Notes: a model not told the origin generated them from the letters alone. 63,947 nt of DNA, filler included, from an uncultured Gemmatimonadota bacterium (GCA_964576115.1; 4 parts of 4 records of this genome joined end to end with filler, not necessarily neighbours in it), one strand, 5' to 3'; positions 51,280 through 63,537 are shown, counted from the whole stretch's first letter. Numbers and translations are program-made.

Positions 51280-52604
51280 GCAGCCGGTTGCGCATGCTTG
51301 CTGCCGCGGCACTGATTGCCGCGCTCCCCGCGCCGGTACTGGCCGGCGATCCCCCCCCGGGACCGCCGTGGACGATGACCTGGTCCGAGGCCCGGACCCG
51401 GGCTCTGGAACGCGGACAGCCGATCTTTATCTATTTCACAAAGACCTACTGACCGCACTGTGTCCCGCTGGAGCGGGACGTTCTCTCCAATCCCGGCCTC
51501 GAGCCCTGGTACGGCCGGGTGACCTGGCTCTTCGCCAATCGCAATTTCGCCTGGGACCACCGCGACGAGATTCTATCCGGACCGGCCCCGGACCTGGCCG
51601 CCGTTCCCGACTCGGTGACGGCCGACCTCGAAGCCCTGCGGATACACGATCGCTTCGGAATATCCTCCTGGCCGCAGATGATCGCCTGCGATCCTCGCGA
51701 TATGCGCCTCTTCGGTTCTCCGGAGCGCACGGTCGAGAGCGTGGAGGCCCTGCTGGACCGGGCCTGCGAAGAGATGGCCGCCGCCTCTTCTCCCCGCCTG
51801 CCGCCGCCGGTTCTGGCGGCCGAGGAGCTCGAAAAGCTCCTGCTGCGGGTCGAGCGCAGTTCGGCCCCGGCCGAAGTACTCAGTACTGCGCAGAAACGGG
51901 TCCTGAACCGGCTCCTGTCCGATGAGGGCAGCGATATCGTACTGCGTCTGCGGGCTCTTCAGATCGTGATCAGGACCGATCCGGCACACGTGAGACAGCT
52001 GGCCCCGGCCCTGCTGCAGGTGCCCAACGATCCCTTCCGCTACGCCGTCATGGGCGTTCTGGCGGCCGATCCCGATCCGCGTACCGAGCCCGATCTGCTG
52101 AGAATCTTCCGGTTGGCGGGCCAGGAGGTTGCGAGCCGCAATCCCAATGTCCTGCGCATCAACGCCGTACGGGCCCTGGGACCCGGCGGCGGTTCCGCGG
52201 CCGTGGCGGCTTTCTCCGACGTGCTGGCCGACCCCGATCCGCGCAATTACCTGCACCGGCTGCTGGTCGAGACCTGCGGCCAGATCGGCGCCCGGACCCC
52301 GAGGGATGCGCGGGGTCCGATCCTGGAGGTACTGCTCGGGGCGGTGCCCGGCCCGGTCGCGGCCGGCGCTGATGAGCAGACAGCGAGAATCGAGGAGCGC
52401 CTGGCTCTGGCCATGGTCCGCAGCGTGCGGACGGCCCTGGCCGCCATGGGCGGCGAGGAGGGTCTGCCCGCGGTCCCTGCACAGTGGGGCGAAGCCGAAT
52501 ATCGGGCCTGGCTCGAGGCCCTGCGGGCGGCAATCGGCTCCAGGAGCCAGCGCAAACCACACCATCGTCGGTTACTCCGACAGACTCCTGCCGCGGTCCG
52601 TTGA
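51276..52604 (+). CDS. Probable selenoprotein: exported thioredoxin-like domain (UxxC) plus HEAT-like helical region
   Basis: GTG overlaps upstream stop; signal peptide; WSEARTRALERGQPIFIYFTKTY-[TGA 51450-51452]-PHCVPLERDVLSNP continues in frame into the ORF called at 51519; cis-Pro loop RFGISSWPQ; SECIS-like hairpin. Confidence 0.8.
51462..51479 (+). promoter_or_regulatory. Candidate bacterial SECIS element
   Basis: GTCCCGC-TGGA-GCGGGAC perfect 7-bp stem; loop starts 16 nt after the in-frame TGA with G at loop position 2. Confidence 0.7.
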
Positions 52605-52629
52605 CTTGTCCCGGGGGCGCGCCTATTAT
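52601..52629 (+). promoter_or_regulatory. Sigma70-type promoter for asnS
   Basis: TTGACT-17 bp-TATTAT, 44 bp upstream of the asnS start. Confidence 0.75.
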
Positions 52630-52673
52630 GCGCTCTCGCGTTCAGACCAACCTTTTCATCGGGTGCGGCGGTC

Positions 52674-53972
52674 ATGGTTGAGGCCTACATCAGCGATATC
52701 GGTGCTCACGAGGGGCGGGAAGTCACCCTCAAGGGCTGGCTCTATAACAAGCGTTCGAGCGGAGGGGTGTGGTTTCTGCTCCTGCGTGACGGAACCGGCA
52801 TCATCCAGTGCGTGGTGCGTTCCGAAGACGTGGCGGAGGATGTTTTCGCCCTCTACGACGGGCTGAATCAGGAAGCTTCGGTCATCGTCACCGGCAGCGT
52901 CAGGGCCGATGAGCGGGCCCCGGGGGGCTATGAGCTGAGTGTGAGCGAAACGGGGATCGAAGTCGTCCAGAACGCCGCCGATTACCCCATCACACCCAAG
53001 GAACACGGGGCCGCGTTCCTGCTCGACCACCGCCACCTCTGGCTGCGGTCCAGCCGGCAGTGGGCCATCATGCGCATTCGGGCCCGGACCATCAGGGCCA
53101 TCCGCGACTGGCTCGACGGCAACGGCTTCGTCAACGTCGACACGCCGATCTTCACCCCCAATGCGGCCGAGGGCACCACGACCCTGTTCCCGGTCGAATA
53201 TTTCGGCGATACGGTTTACCTGACCCAGTCGGGCCAGCTGTACAACGAGGCCAACATCATGGCCCACGGCAAGGTCTACTGCTTCGGGCCCACCTTCAGG
53301 GCCGAAAAGAGCAAGACCCGGCGTCATCTGACAGAGTTCTGGATGGTAGAACCCGAGATGGCCTGGTTCGACCTGGAGGACAACATGGTCGTCATCGAGC
53401 AGCTGGTTTCGGCCATGGTGCACGACGTGCTCGCCGATTGCGCCCATGAACTCGAGGTCCTGGAGCGCGATCCCGCTCCACTCCAGGCCGTCCAGGCGCC
53501 TTTTGAGCGTCTTCATTACGATGAGGCGGTCCGCATTCTGCAGGACGCCGGGCACGATTTCGACTGGGGGAGCGATTTCGGAGCCCCCGACGAGGTGGAG
53601 CTGGCGACCCATTTCGACCGGCCCTTTTTCGTGACCCACTTCCCGGCCGCGGTCAAAGCCTTTTACATGAGCCGCGATCCCGAACGCCCCGAATGCGCCC
53701 TGGCGGTCGATCTGCTGGCCAGCGAGGGCTACGGGGAGCTGGTCGGAGGCTCGCAGCGCGAGGACGATCTCGAGGAACTCGTGAAACGCATCCGCGAGCA
53801 CGAACTGCCCCCGGAGGTCTTCGACTGGTACCTGGACCTGCGCCGTTTCGGGACCGTACCGCACAGCGGGTTCGGGATGGGCCTGGAGCGGGTGGTGAGC
53901 TGGTTGTGCGGGATCGAACACATCCGCGAAACGATTCCGTATCCGCGCCTGCTGCACCGGATCCGTCCCTGA
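52674..53972 (+). CDS. asnS: Asparagine--tRNA ligase
   Basis: [71 protein letters not shown]. Confidence 0.95.
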   Translation: MVEAYISDIGAHEGREVTLKGWLYNKRSSGGVWFLLLRDGTGIIQCVVRSEDVAEDVFALYDGLNQEASVIVTGSVRADERAPGGYELSVSETGIEVVQNAADYPITPKEHGAAFLLDHRHLWLRSSRQWAIMRIRARTIRAIRDWLDGNGFVNVDTPIFTPNAAEGTTTLFPVEYFGDTVYLTQSGQLYNEANIMAHGKVYCFGPTFRAEKSKTRRHLTEFWMVEPEMAWFDLEDNMVVIEQLVSAMVHDVLADCAHELEVLERDPAPLQAVQAPFERLHYDEAVRILQDAGHDFDWGSDFGAPDEVELATHFDRPFFVTHFPAAVKAFYMSRDPERPECALAVDLLASEGYGELVGGSQREDDLEELVKRIREHELPPEVFDWYLDLRRFGTVPHSGFGMGLERVVSWLCGIEHIRETIPYPRLLHRIRP

Positions 53973-54021
53973 GGTCGGATCAGACGTAAACCATAACATG
54001 ATACATTCAGGCTAAGATCAT

Positions 54022-56565
<2,544 letters not shown>

Positions 56566-56617
56566 CCGGCGCGACCCGGGAGAGCAGACTGGTATCTCCG
56601 GAAGGAGGGCTCTGCCC

Positions 56618-57191
56618 GTGAATCCGGAATCCGAAACCCGTCCCACCCCTGCGCCGCCTCCCGAGCCGGATCCGCAGACCGGACCGGAGGATCCTTTCCT
56701 GCGGGTCAGGGTTCGCACGCTCATTCTCTGGGTTCCATTAATTCTGATGGCCACGGGGATCGCGGCCACCATTGCCGGACACCTGTTCTATGGCGACCTG
56801 TGGGAGACCGATGATGTCATACCGGTCCTTTTCTACGGTTTCGATCTGGGCCTGATCCTCTGGGTGCTGCGACAGAATACACGGGCGGGGATCGATTTCG
56901 AACGGCTGGTCGGTCGGAGGCCGGCCGACTTTCCCTACATCCGGCTCGTCCCGCTGTCACTGGCCCTGATCTTCCTCTCGGTCGCCGTGATGATGCTCGT
57001 CGGCTCTCTGTTCACGCTCCTGGACGTCGTGCCCCCCTGGGTCGAAGCCGACGGCGCCGACGCCGGCTTCGAGGGACTCCCGCTCCTGCACCGGCTGGCG
57101 ATGATTATCCTGCTGGCCCCGGTTCTGGAGGAGATCGTCTTCCGGGGCTATTTTCTGCACCGTTTCGCCGCCAAATGGAACCTGCGGGCCG
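56618..57191 (+). CDS. CPBP (Abi/CAAX) intramembrane protease, truncated by contig end
   Basis: Several TM segments; APVLEEIVFRG (EExxFRG). Confidence 0.85.
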
Positions 57192-57291
57192 NNNNNNNNN
57201 NNNNNNNNNNNNNNNNNNNNNNNNNNNNNNNNNNNTTAATTAATTAANNNNNNNNNNNNNNNNNNNNNNNNNNNNNNNNNNNNNNNNNNNN
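57192..57291. other. Artificial contig linker
   Basis: N44-TTAATTAATTAA-N44. Confidence 0.98.
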
Positions 57292-57814
57292 GGGGCAGCG
57301 TGCCCGCTTCGATCGCCCGCGACACGGCTCCCGAGCCCCGGGCGCCTCCCTGTTCCTCCTCGCAGACCAGGTGAAGCTGCAGGCGGCCGGTCATTTCGCC
57401 GACCCTCTCGGCCAGCCGGGCGGCGGCCCACATCGAAGCCCCCACCCCGCCCTTCATGTCAAAAGTTCCCCGGCCGTACATCCGGCCCTCGGCGATCTCG
57501 GCTGCAAAGGGCGGGTGCTCCCACGGTTCGTCCTCGGGCACCGGCACGGTGTCGAGATGGCCATTGAAGACATAGAGCGGTCCCTCACCCGATCCGAGAG
57601 TGGCAATTACGTTCGGCCGTCCCGGCTCTTCTTCGTAGATTTCGACCTCGAGACCGGCCTCGCGCAGCCAGCCGGCGGCGAAATCGGCGACCTCCTGCTC
57701 GGTGCCGGTCACGCTCCTGATCTGTACCAGCTGCTGTACCAGCCCGGTGAGTTCGGGGGGGGTGTCGTACTCGGGCGGGGGCGTGCCCGCGGCCTTGCCG
57801 GGGTAGTCGGTCAT
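57292..57814 (-). CDS. M20 (ArgE/DapE-like) metallopeptidase, N-terminal part, truncated by contig end
   Basis: GRPNVIA, FNGHLDTVP, GRGTFDMKGG, CEEEQGG. Confidence 0.9.
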
Positions 57815-57973
57815 GTGATCTTCAGCTCCCTCTGTAGCTCAAGTTCATTTGCAGGATGTACGGGGCGGGCAGCAGGCTCATGATAGTGAGCGGTTCCGGA
57901 ACGGTGAAGAGGTAAACCGTCCCGATCGTGCCCGCGTCGTACCGGTACCTATAGATTAAAGGACGGTGAAATC

Positions 57974-59233
57974 GTGATGTCTTCTCCCCGATGGTTTCGT
58001 TCCGCCGGTTCTCTCTCTGCTCTGCTGCTGATTACCTCCCTGGCCGCCTGTTCAGACAGTCCGACCCGCCCGGGGCCCCGCCTCGAGCTGCGCCAGCTGA
58101 CCGAACAGGAAACCCTGCTCGTCTCGGCCGACAACCTCTTCGGCCTGAAACTCTTCCGGGCGGTCAGTGAGGTCGAGGAGGATGAGAACGTCATCCTCAG
58201 CCCCCTGAGTGTGGCCATGGCCCTGGGGATGACGCTGAACGGGGCGGCGGGCGAGACCCGGGTCGGCATGGAGACGGCCCTGGAACTCAGCGGACTGACC
58301 GAAGAGGAGATAAATACTTCTTACAGCAGCCTGATCGACCTGCTTACCGCCGCCGATCCGAAGGTCACCTTCCAGATCGCCAACTCGATCTGGTACCGGG
58401 ATTCATATCCCATCGCTCCGGATTTCGTGGAGGTGAACGAGACGTATTTCGACGCCGTGGTACGGGCTCTGGATTTCTCGGCCGCCGATGCGGCCGACAT
58501 CATAAACGCCTGGGTCAGCGAGAAGACCAACGACCGGATCGAGGAGATCGTCGACTCTCCGATCGATCCGCTGACCATGATGTTCCTCATCAACGCCATC
58601 TACTTCAACGGGGACTGGCTGACCCGGTTCGATGCCGATGACACCGAGGATCGCCCGTTCTACCTGACCGACGGGACTGAGATCACGGTTCCGACGATGT
58701 CGGTCGAAGATGTTTCTCTGACCTGTGACTCCAGTCCGGGCCTGAGTGCCGTGGATCTGGCCTACGGCGACAGTCTGTTTTCGATGACGATCGTCCTTCC
58801 TCCCGTCGGCACCCACCCCGACAGCTTCATCGCCGGTTTCGATCGGGCACAGTGGGAGCAGATCGTATCGGGATTCCGGTCCGAGGAGTTCGGCCGGCTC
58901 CTGCTGCCGAAGTTCGAACTGCAGTACGAGATCACGCTGAACGATATTCTCATCGATCTGGGCATGGATGACGCCTTTGATGAGACTCGGGCTGATTTCA
59001 GCCGGATGCATGCCTCCGGTCTGCCCGATCTGTTTATCAGCGAGGTCAAACACAAGACCTGGCTGCGGGTGGATGAGAAAGGCTCCGAAGCTGCGGCAGC
59101 GACATCGGTGCAGATGGATTACCGGAGCATTCCAGAAACATTCGCCGTCAACCGCCCCTTTATTTTCCTTATCCGCGAGCGCTCGAGCGGCACCATCCTC
59201 TTCATCGGCAAGGTGATGGATCCCCGAGGGTAA
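57974..59233 (+). CDS. Serpin lipoprotein, predicted P1-P1' Arg-Ser
   Basis: Lipobox LAAC; NVILSPLS, INAIYF.GDW, LPKF, hinge/RCL EKGSEAAAATSVQMDYRS, NRPFIFLI, LFIGKV. Confidence 0.95.
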   Translation: MMSSPRWFRSAGSLSALLLITSLAACSDSPTRPGPRLELRQLTEQETLLVSADNLFGLKLFRAVSEVEEDENVILSPLSVAMALGMTLNGAAGETRVGMETALELSGLTEEEINTSYSSLIDLLTAADPKVTFQIANSIWYRDSYPIAPDFVEVNETYFDAVVRALDFSAADAADIINAWVSEKTNDRIEEIVDSPIDPLTMMFLINAIYFNGDWLTRFDADDTEDRPFYLTDGTEITVPTMSVEDVSLTCDSSPGLSAVDLAYGDSLFSMTIVLPPVGTHPDSFIAGFDRAQWEQIVSGFRSEEFGRLLLPKFELQYEITLNDILIDLGMDDAFDETRADFSRMHASGLPDLFISEVKHKTWLRVDEKGSEAAAATSVQMDYRSIPETFAVNRPFIFLIRERSSGTILFIGKVMDPRG

Positions 59234-59278
59234 AAGTGATCGGACCGGGGCCGAAACCGGAAGGAGGTAGAGAGAACG

Positions 59279-60532
59279 ATGAAGCGCATATCCGGAGATA
59301 CCACCAGCCGTCTCCTGGCAGCAGCATTCCTGTTCACGGTGTTCACCGCCTGCTCCGACAGCCCGACCGGCCCGGGCCCGCGCGTCGAACTGCGCCGGCT
59401 CTCTGAGCAGGAAGCCCTCCTGGTCGAGGCTGACAACCTCTTCGGGCTGAAGCTCTTCCGGGCGACAAGTGAGGTCGAGGGAGAAACCAACGTCATCCTC
59501 AGTCCCCTGAGTGTGGCCATGGCCCTGGGGATGACCCTGAACGGCGCGGCGGGCGAGACCCGGACCGGTATGGAGACGGCCCTGGAACTCAGCGGGCTGA
59601 CCGAAGAGGAGATCAATGCTTCCTACCGCAGTCTTATCAAACTGCTCACCGCCGCCGATCCGCAGGTGACCTTCGAAATCGCCAATTCGATCTGGTACCG
59701 GGACTCCTATCCCATCGCGACCGATTTCGTGGGGGTGAACGAGACGTATTTCGATGCTGTCGTGCAGGCTCTTGATTTCAGTGCCGCCGATGCGGCCGGC
59801 ATCATCAACGCCTGGGTCAGCGAAAAAACCCACGACCGGATCGAAGAGATCGTGGATGATCCGATCGATCCGCTGACCATGATGTTCCTGATCAACGCTA
59901 TCTATTTCAAAGGGGATTGGCTGACGCAGTTCGATCCCGATGATACAGCCGACGGGACCTTCCACCTGGCCGATGGTTCGACGGTCCAGGTGCCGATGAT
60001 GAGGCTCTCCGATACCGAAATCACCTGTTCTTCCGAAGCCGGCTGGCTGGCGGCCGATCTGGCCTACGGGGACAGTCTCTTCTCGATGACCCTCATCCTG
60101 CCCCCCGCCGGCACCGACCTGGAGACCTTCATCGCCGGCCTGGACCGGAGCACATGGGAGGCCATCATCGCCGACCTGGCTCCGCGCGAACTCGATTTTT
60201 TCCAGATGCCGACATTCGAACTCGAATACGAGGTCGTGCTCAATCAGGTCCTGGCCGGTCTGGGAATGGCCTGTGCATTCAGTGACGGCGCCGATTTCAG
60301 CCGGATGAACGCCCTGGGAGAGTCGACTCTCCACATCAGCGAAGTCAGGCACAAGACCTGGCTCAAGGTGGACGAAGTGGGCACCGAGGCCGCTGCGGTC
60401 ACCTCCGTCGTGATGGCGGAAGGTTCTGTCGGCCCCAGCTACGTCTTCGACCGCCCTTTCATCCTCGCTATCCGCGAGCGTTCGAGCGGCACCATCCTCT
60501 TCATCGGCAAGGTGATGGACCCGAGCGGCTGA
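59279..60532 (+). CDS. Serpin lipoprotein, predicted P1-P1' Gly-Ser
   Basis: Lipobox FTAC; hinge/RCL EVGTEAAAVTSVVMAEGS, DRPFILAI; tandem paralog of the upstream serpin; RBS GGAGG. Confidence 0.95.
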   Translation: MKRISGDTTSRLLAAAFLFTVFTACSDSPTGPGPRVELRRLSEQEALLVEADNLFGLKLFRATSEVEGETNVILSPLSVAMALGMTLNGAAGETRTGMETALELSGLTEEEINASYRSLIKLLTAADPQVTFEIANSIWYRDSYPIATDFVGVNETYFDAVVQALDFSAADAAGIINAWVSEKTHDRIEEIVDDPIDPLTMMFLINAIYFKGDWLTQFDPDDTADGTFHLADGSTVQVPMMRLSDTEITCSSEAGWLAADLAYGDSLFSMTLILPPAGTDLETFIAGLDRSTWEAIIADLAPRELDFFQMPTFELEYEVVLNQVLAGLGMACAFSDGADFSRMNALGESTLHISEVRHKTWLKVDEVGTEAAAVTSVVMAEGSVGPSYVFDRPFILAIRERSSGTILFIGKVMDPSG

Positions 60533-60628
60533 GGGGTGATACCTGTATTCCATCGGTGGGCTATTACTCCTGAGATAAGCCCTCTCGGTACCGTGCCAAT
60601 CCCGGCCTTTGGGATCGTAGTGGATGTA

Positions 60629-60677
60629 AATTATACTTGAAAAACGAATTGCATTCATTCGATTTTCAATTATAATT
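60629..60677. promoter_or_regulatory. 49-bp AT-rich inverted repeat overlapping a likely leaderless promoter
   Basis: Arms AATTATACTTGAAAAACGAAT / ATTCGATTTTCAATTATAATT (19/21) with 7-nt spacer; TTGCAT-16-TATAAT ends 6 nt before ATG 60683. Confidence 0.65.
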
Positions 60678-60682
60678 GGGCC

Positions 60683-61840
60683 ATGATACCTCGCCAGGCA
60701 CATATGCATCGAGTCCTCGATTTGCTGAACCATAATCCGGTCGTAGCGATACTGGGCGCCCGACAGGTCGGCAAGACCACCCTGGCGGTCGAGATCGCCG
60801 ATCGTTATGACGGTTCCCGGCATCGTTTCGATCTGGAAAATCCCGACGATCTGGCCCGACTGCAGGAACCCATGCTGGCCCTGCGGCCCCTTTCTGGTCT
60901 CATCGTCCTCGATGAAATCCAGCGTCGCCCCGAACTCTTCCCCGTCCTGAGGGTACTGGTGGACAGTCGTGATCATGACGCCCGTTTCCTCATCCTGGGC
61001 AGTGCCTCACCCGACCTGATACGTCAGAGCTCGGAATCCCTGGCCGGTCGGATCATCTACCACGAGCTGACAGGGTTTGATCTTGATGAAGTGGGCCGGG
61101 ATAAAGCCGATCTTCTCTGGCTGCAGGGGGGATTCCCCCGCTCTTTCCTGGCTCCGGATACCTCCGTCTCCTTCGCCTGGCGGCGCGCTTTTATCCAGAC
61201 CTTCCTGGAACGTGATATCCCCAACCTCGGGATATCCATCCCCCCGGTCACCCTGCACCGCTTCTGGCAGATGCTCGCCCACTATCACGGACAGATCTGG
61301 AACGGAGCGGAAATCGCCCGGGCCTTCGGGATCTCGGCCCCGACTGTCAGACGATATCTCGACATCCTGACCGGAGCCCTGGTTATCCGACAGGTCCAGC
61401 CGTGGTTCGAGAACATCTCGAAGCGGCAGGTGAAAGCACCGAAAATCTATCTGGCCGATACCGGCCTGCTTCATACCCTGCTCGGGATCGAGACCCGGTC
61501 CGATCTCCAGGGACACCCGAAGGTCGGCGCTTCCTGGGAAGGTCTCGTCAGACAGGAGATCATCCGGCGTCTCGGTGCCCGTCCGGAAGAGGTCTTCTTC
61601 TGGGCGACTCATGCCGGGGCCGAACTCGATCTCCTCGTGATCCGGGGCCAACGGCGACTCGGTTTCAAGATCAAGCGCACGACGACTCCCTCACGAAACC
61701 GTTCTCAATACTCCGCCCGTTCCACCCTCGATCTCGATTCCCTCGATATCGTCCATGCCGGCGACTCAACCTTTCCGCTCGGCGACGATATGCGGGCGGT
61801 CGCCTTCGACCGGCTCTCTGAAGACCTGGAACCGCTCTGA
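60683..61840 (+). CDS. AAA_14 ATPase with DUF4143 (PD-(D/E)xK-like) C-terminus
   Basis: GARQVGKTT, LDEIQR, LGSAS, ESLAGRI, GGFP, KRQVKAPKIYLADTGL, ELDLL. Confidence 0.92.
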   Translation: MIPRQAHMHRVLDLLNHNPVVAILGARQVGKTTLAVEIADRYDGSRHRFDLENPDDLARLQEPMLALRPLSGLIVLDEIQRRPELFPVLRVLVDSRDHDARFLILGSASPDLIRQSSESLAGRIIYHELTGFDLDEVGRDKADLLWLQGGFPRSFLAPDTSVSFAWRRAFIQTFLERDIPNLGISIPPVTLHRFWQMLAHYHGQIWNGAEIARAFGISAPTVRRYLDILTGALVIRQVQPWFENISKRQVKAPKIYLADTGLLHTLLGIETRSDLQGHPKVGASWEGLVRQEIIRRLGARPEEVFFWATHAGAELDLLVIRGQRRLGFKIKRTTTPSRNRSQYSARSTLDLDSLDIVHAGDSTFPLGDDMRAVAFDRLSEDLEPL

Positions 61841-62045
61841 AAAAAGAATCAACGAGAGACCGTACTATCGCTCGCCGCTTCGGGAACGATCAGCTTGAGG
61901 TGCAGCATAGATTTCTTCACCACACTTCTATCAGACTGACTGTTCTCACTGTGGGACGATGAAGTGATCGAACCGTGTATCATGAACAGGATCGTGCTAT
62001 AGTGCTTCATTGGTACACTATCTGGAGTATCCGGAGCAAAGACGT

Positions 62046-63344
62046 ATGAACAGATCATCCATCTTCTATTCCGCTCTTTTCATTCTCCTGCTCAGTTCGT
62101 GCGCACGCAGTGACGAGTCGGATCCCGTCCATTCGTTTCGGATCTATTCCGAAGAGGGTGTGACGGTCGCCGAAACCAGCGGTGGACCGAAATACAGCAG
62201 CGAGATCTTCGCCTATGAAAAGGTCCTGGAGATCCGGGGCTATCCGTCTGAAGAACGATCCTACCTGGTTCGCCCGAGATCTCCTTCAGTGGATGCCGAT
62301 GGGTATCTCTATGTGCCCGATGTCAACGATAACCGCATTGTTGTTTATTCACCCGATGGTCGCTTCGTAAGGGAGTTCGGACAGGCCGGGGAAGGTCCCG
62401 GAGACCTCCAGTTGCCGACCCACGTTCAATTGGTCGGAGATCGGGTGGTCGTTACATCGGGAATCGTTTCGGCGGGAGTTGCCTACCGACAGCGGATGAC
62501 CTCATTCACACGAACCGGAAGACTGCTGGATGTCTATATCGAGGATCTCTCGCGGGCTTTGAGATCGCACCTGTACTATCTGACCACCTCCGGTGAGCGC
62601 GTTGCGACATGGTGGGAGAACCGGACCCGGGATGGATTCGCGTACGAGAAGGCCGGCGGTATCGTGGAAACAACCTCCGGCGATACCCTGGCCAGCTTCG
62701 GGTCCCCGGATGTCGTCGTGGGAAAGCAGATCACAGACGAATTCCAAGGCCGCATCCGGACCCGCACCGAGCGTTATCTCTTCACCGCCCGACCCCACCT
62801 CCTCTTCCTGCCGCCCGATTGGATCGCACTCTCGGATGGCAACCGACAGCTCCTCCGGATCTTCGATCTGAGGGGCAATCTCGTCCGGGATATCCGTCCC
62901 GGGATCGCACGGGAACCGATAACGCGCGAGGACCGGGAAGGTTTGCTCGCACTGTACGACGAGAAGCTTCATCAACTACAAGGCTATACCGAGCGTACCG
63001 GCGACAGCTTCGAATACGACATTACGGAGAATGCCAAGGAGAACCTGCTCTTCCCGGAGTACAAAGCCATGTGGGATTTACCCCGGTTCGATGACGCCGG
63101 GTTCTTCTGGCTCCGGATACCCGAGGAACGTCCCTTTGATGTCTACGAGAATCAGAGCGATCGCTACCGGGTGATCAGTCCCCAGGGAGAGTACCTGGGA
63201 GATACGGAATGGCCGCCGGTCACCGAAGCGTTGATACAGCGTGGTCATATCCTGGCCATCGTAACCGATCCCGACACCAACGAGGGTATTCCCACCGTTT
63301 TTCGGGTCATTTCGGCGGCAGCAGGATTGCGGTATCCGAACTGA
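62046..63344 (+). CDS. 6-bladed beta-propeller (NHL-like) lipoprotein
   Basis: Lipobox LSSC; VDADGYLYVPD..RIVVYSPDGRFVREFGQAGEGPGD; VISPQGEYLG. Confidence 0.8.
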   Translation: MNRSSIFYSALFILLLSSCARSDESDPVHSFRIYSEEGVTVAETSGGPKYSSEIFAYEKVLEIRGYPSEERSYLVRPRSPSVDADGYLYVPDVNDNRIVVYSPDGRFVREFGQAGEGPGDLQLPTHVQLVGDRVVVTSGIVSAGVAYRQRMTSFTRTGRLLDVYIEDLSRALRSHLYYLTTSGERVATWWENRTRDGFAYEKAGGIVETTSGDTLASFGSPDVVVGKQITDEFQGRIRTRTERYLFTARPHLLFLPPDWIALSDGNRQLLRIFDLRGNLVRDIRPGIAREPITREDREGLLALYDEKLHQLQGYTERTGDSFEYDITENAKENLLFPEYKAMWDLPRFDDAGFFWLRIPEERPFDVYENQSDRYRVISPQGEYLGDTEWPPVTEALIQRGHILAIVTDPDTNEGIPTVFRVISAAAGLRYPN

Positions 63345-63346
63345 CC

Positions 63347-63469
63347 TCATGTCTCGAGTCCGGCCAGCACCTCCCTTTCCAGGTTCTCGGGATCGCTCTC
63401 GCGGGAGCCCACGTGATGTTGCTTGATCCGTCCGTCGCGCCCGATGATGAAGGTGTTCGGGTAGTAAGA
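63347..63469 (-). pseudogene. C-terminal remnant of a TlpA/thioredoxin-like protein
   Basis: YYPNTFIIGRDGRIKQHHVGSRESDPENLEREVLAGLET*, matches P-x-T-F-I-I-x-R-D-G-x-I; frame closed by a stop at 63482-63484 and no CxxC part present. Confidence 0.6.
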
Positions 63470-63504
63470 AGGCGATGATCGTCACTTTCTTCATGGGGAG
63501 TAAT

Positions 63505-63537
63505 TGAAGCCCCACCCCGTAACGGGGTGGGGCTTCA
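63505..63537. terminator. Perfect 15-bp hairpin after the FN3-like gene
   Basis: TGAAGCCCCACCCCG-TAA-CGGGGTGGGGCTTCA, 7 bp past the stop at 63545; no U-tract. Confidence 0.5.

Noticed and set aside
51450-51452. TGA as genome-wide Trp/Gly reassignment (code 4/25)
   Set aside because: TGA is the normal stop of many genes here (infB, truB, ribF, dut, asnS, leuS) and Trp uses TGG; only site-specific Sec recoding fits
51519-52604. ORF-track start for a 361-aa HEAT-like protein
   Set aside because: Starts mid thioredoxin fold; the upstream in-frame region supplies signal peptide and active-site motif
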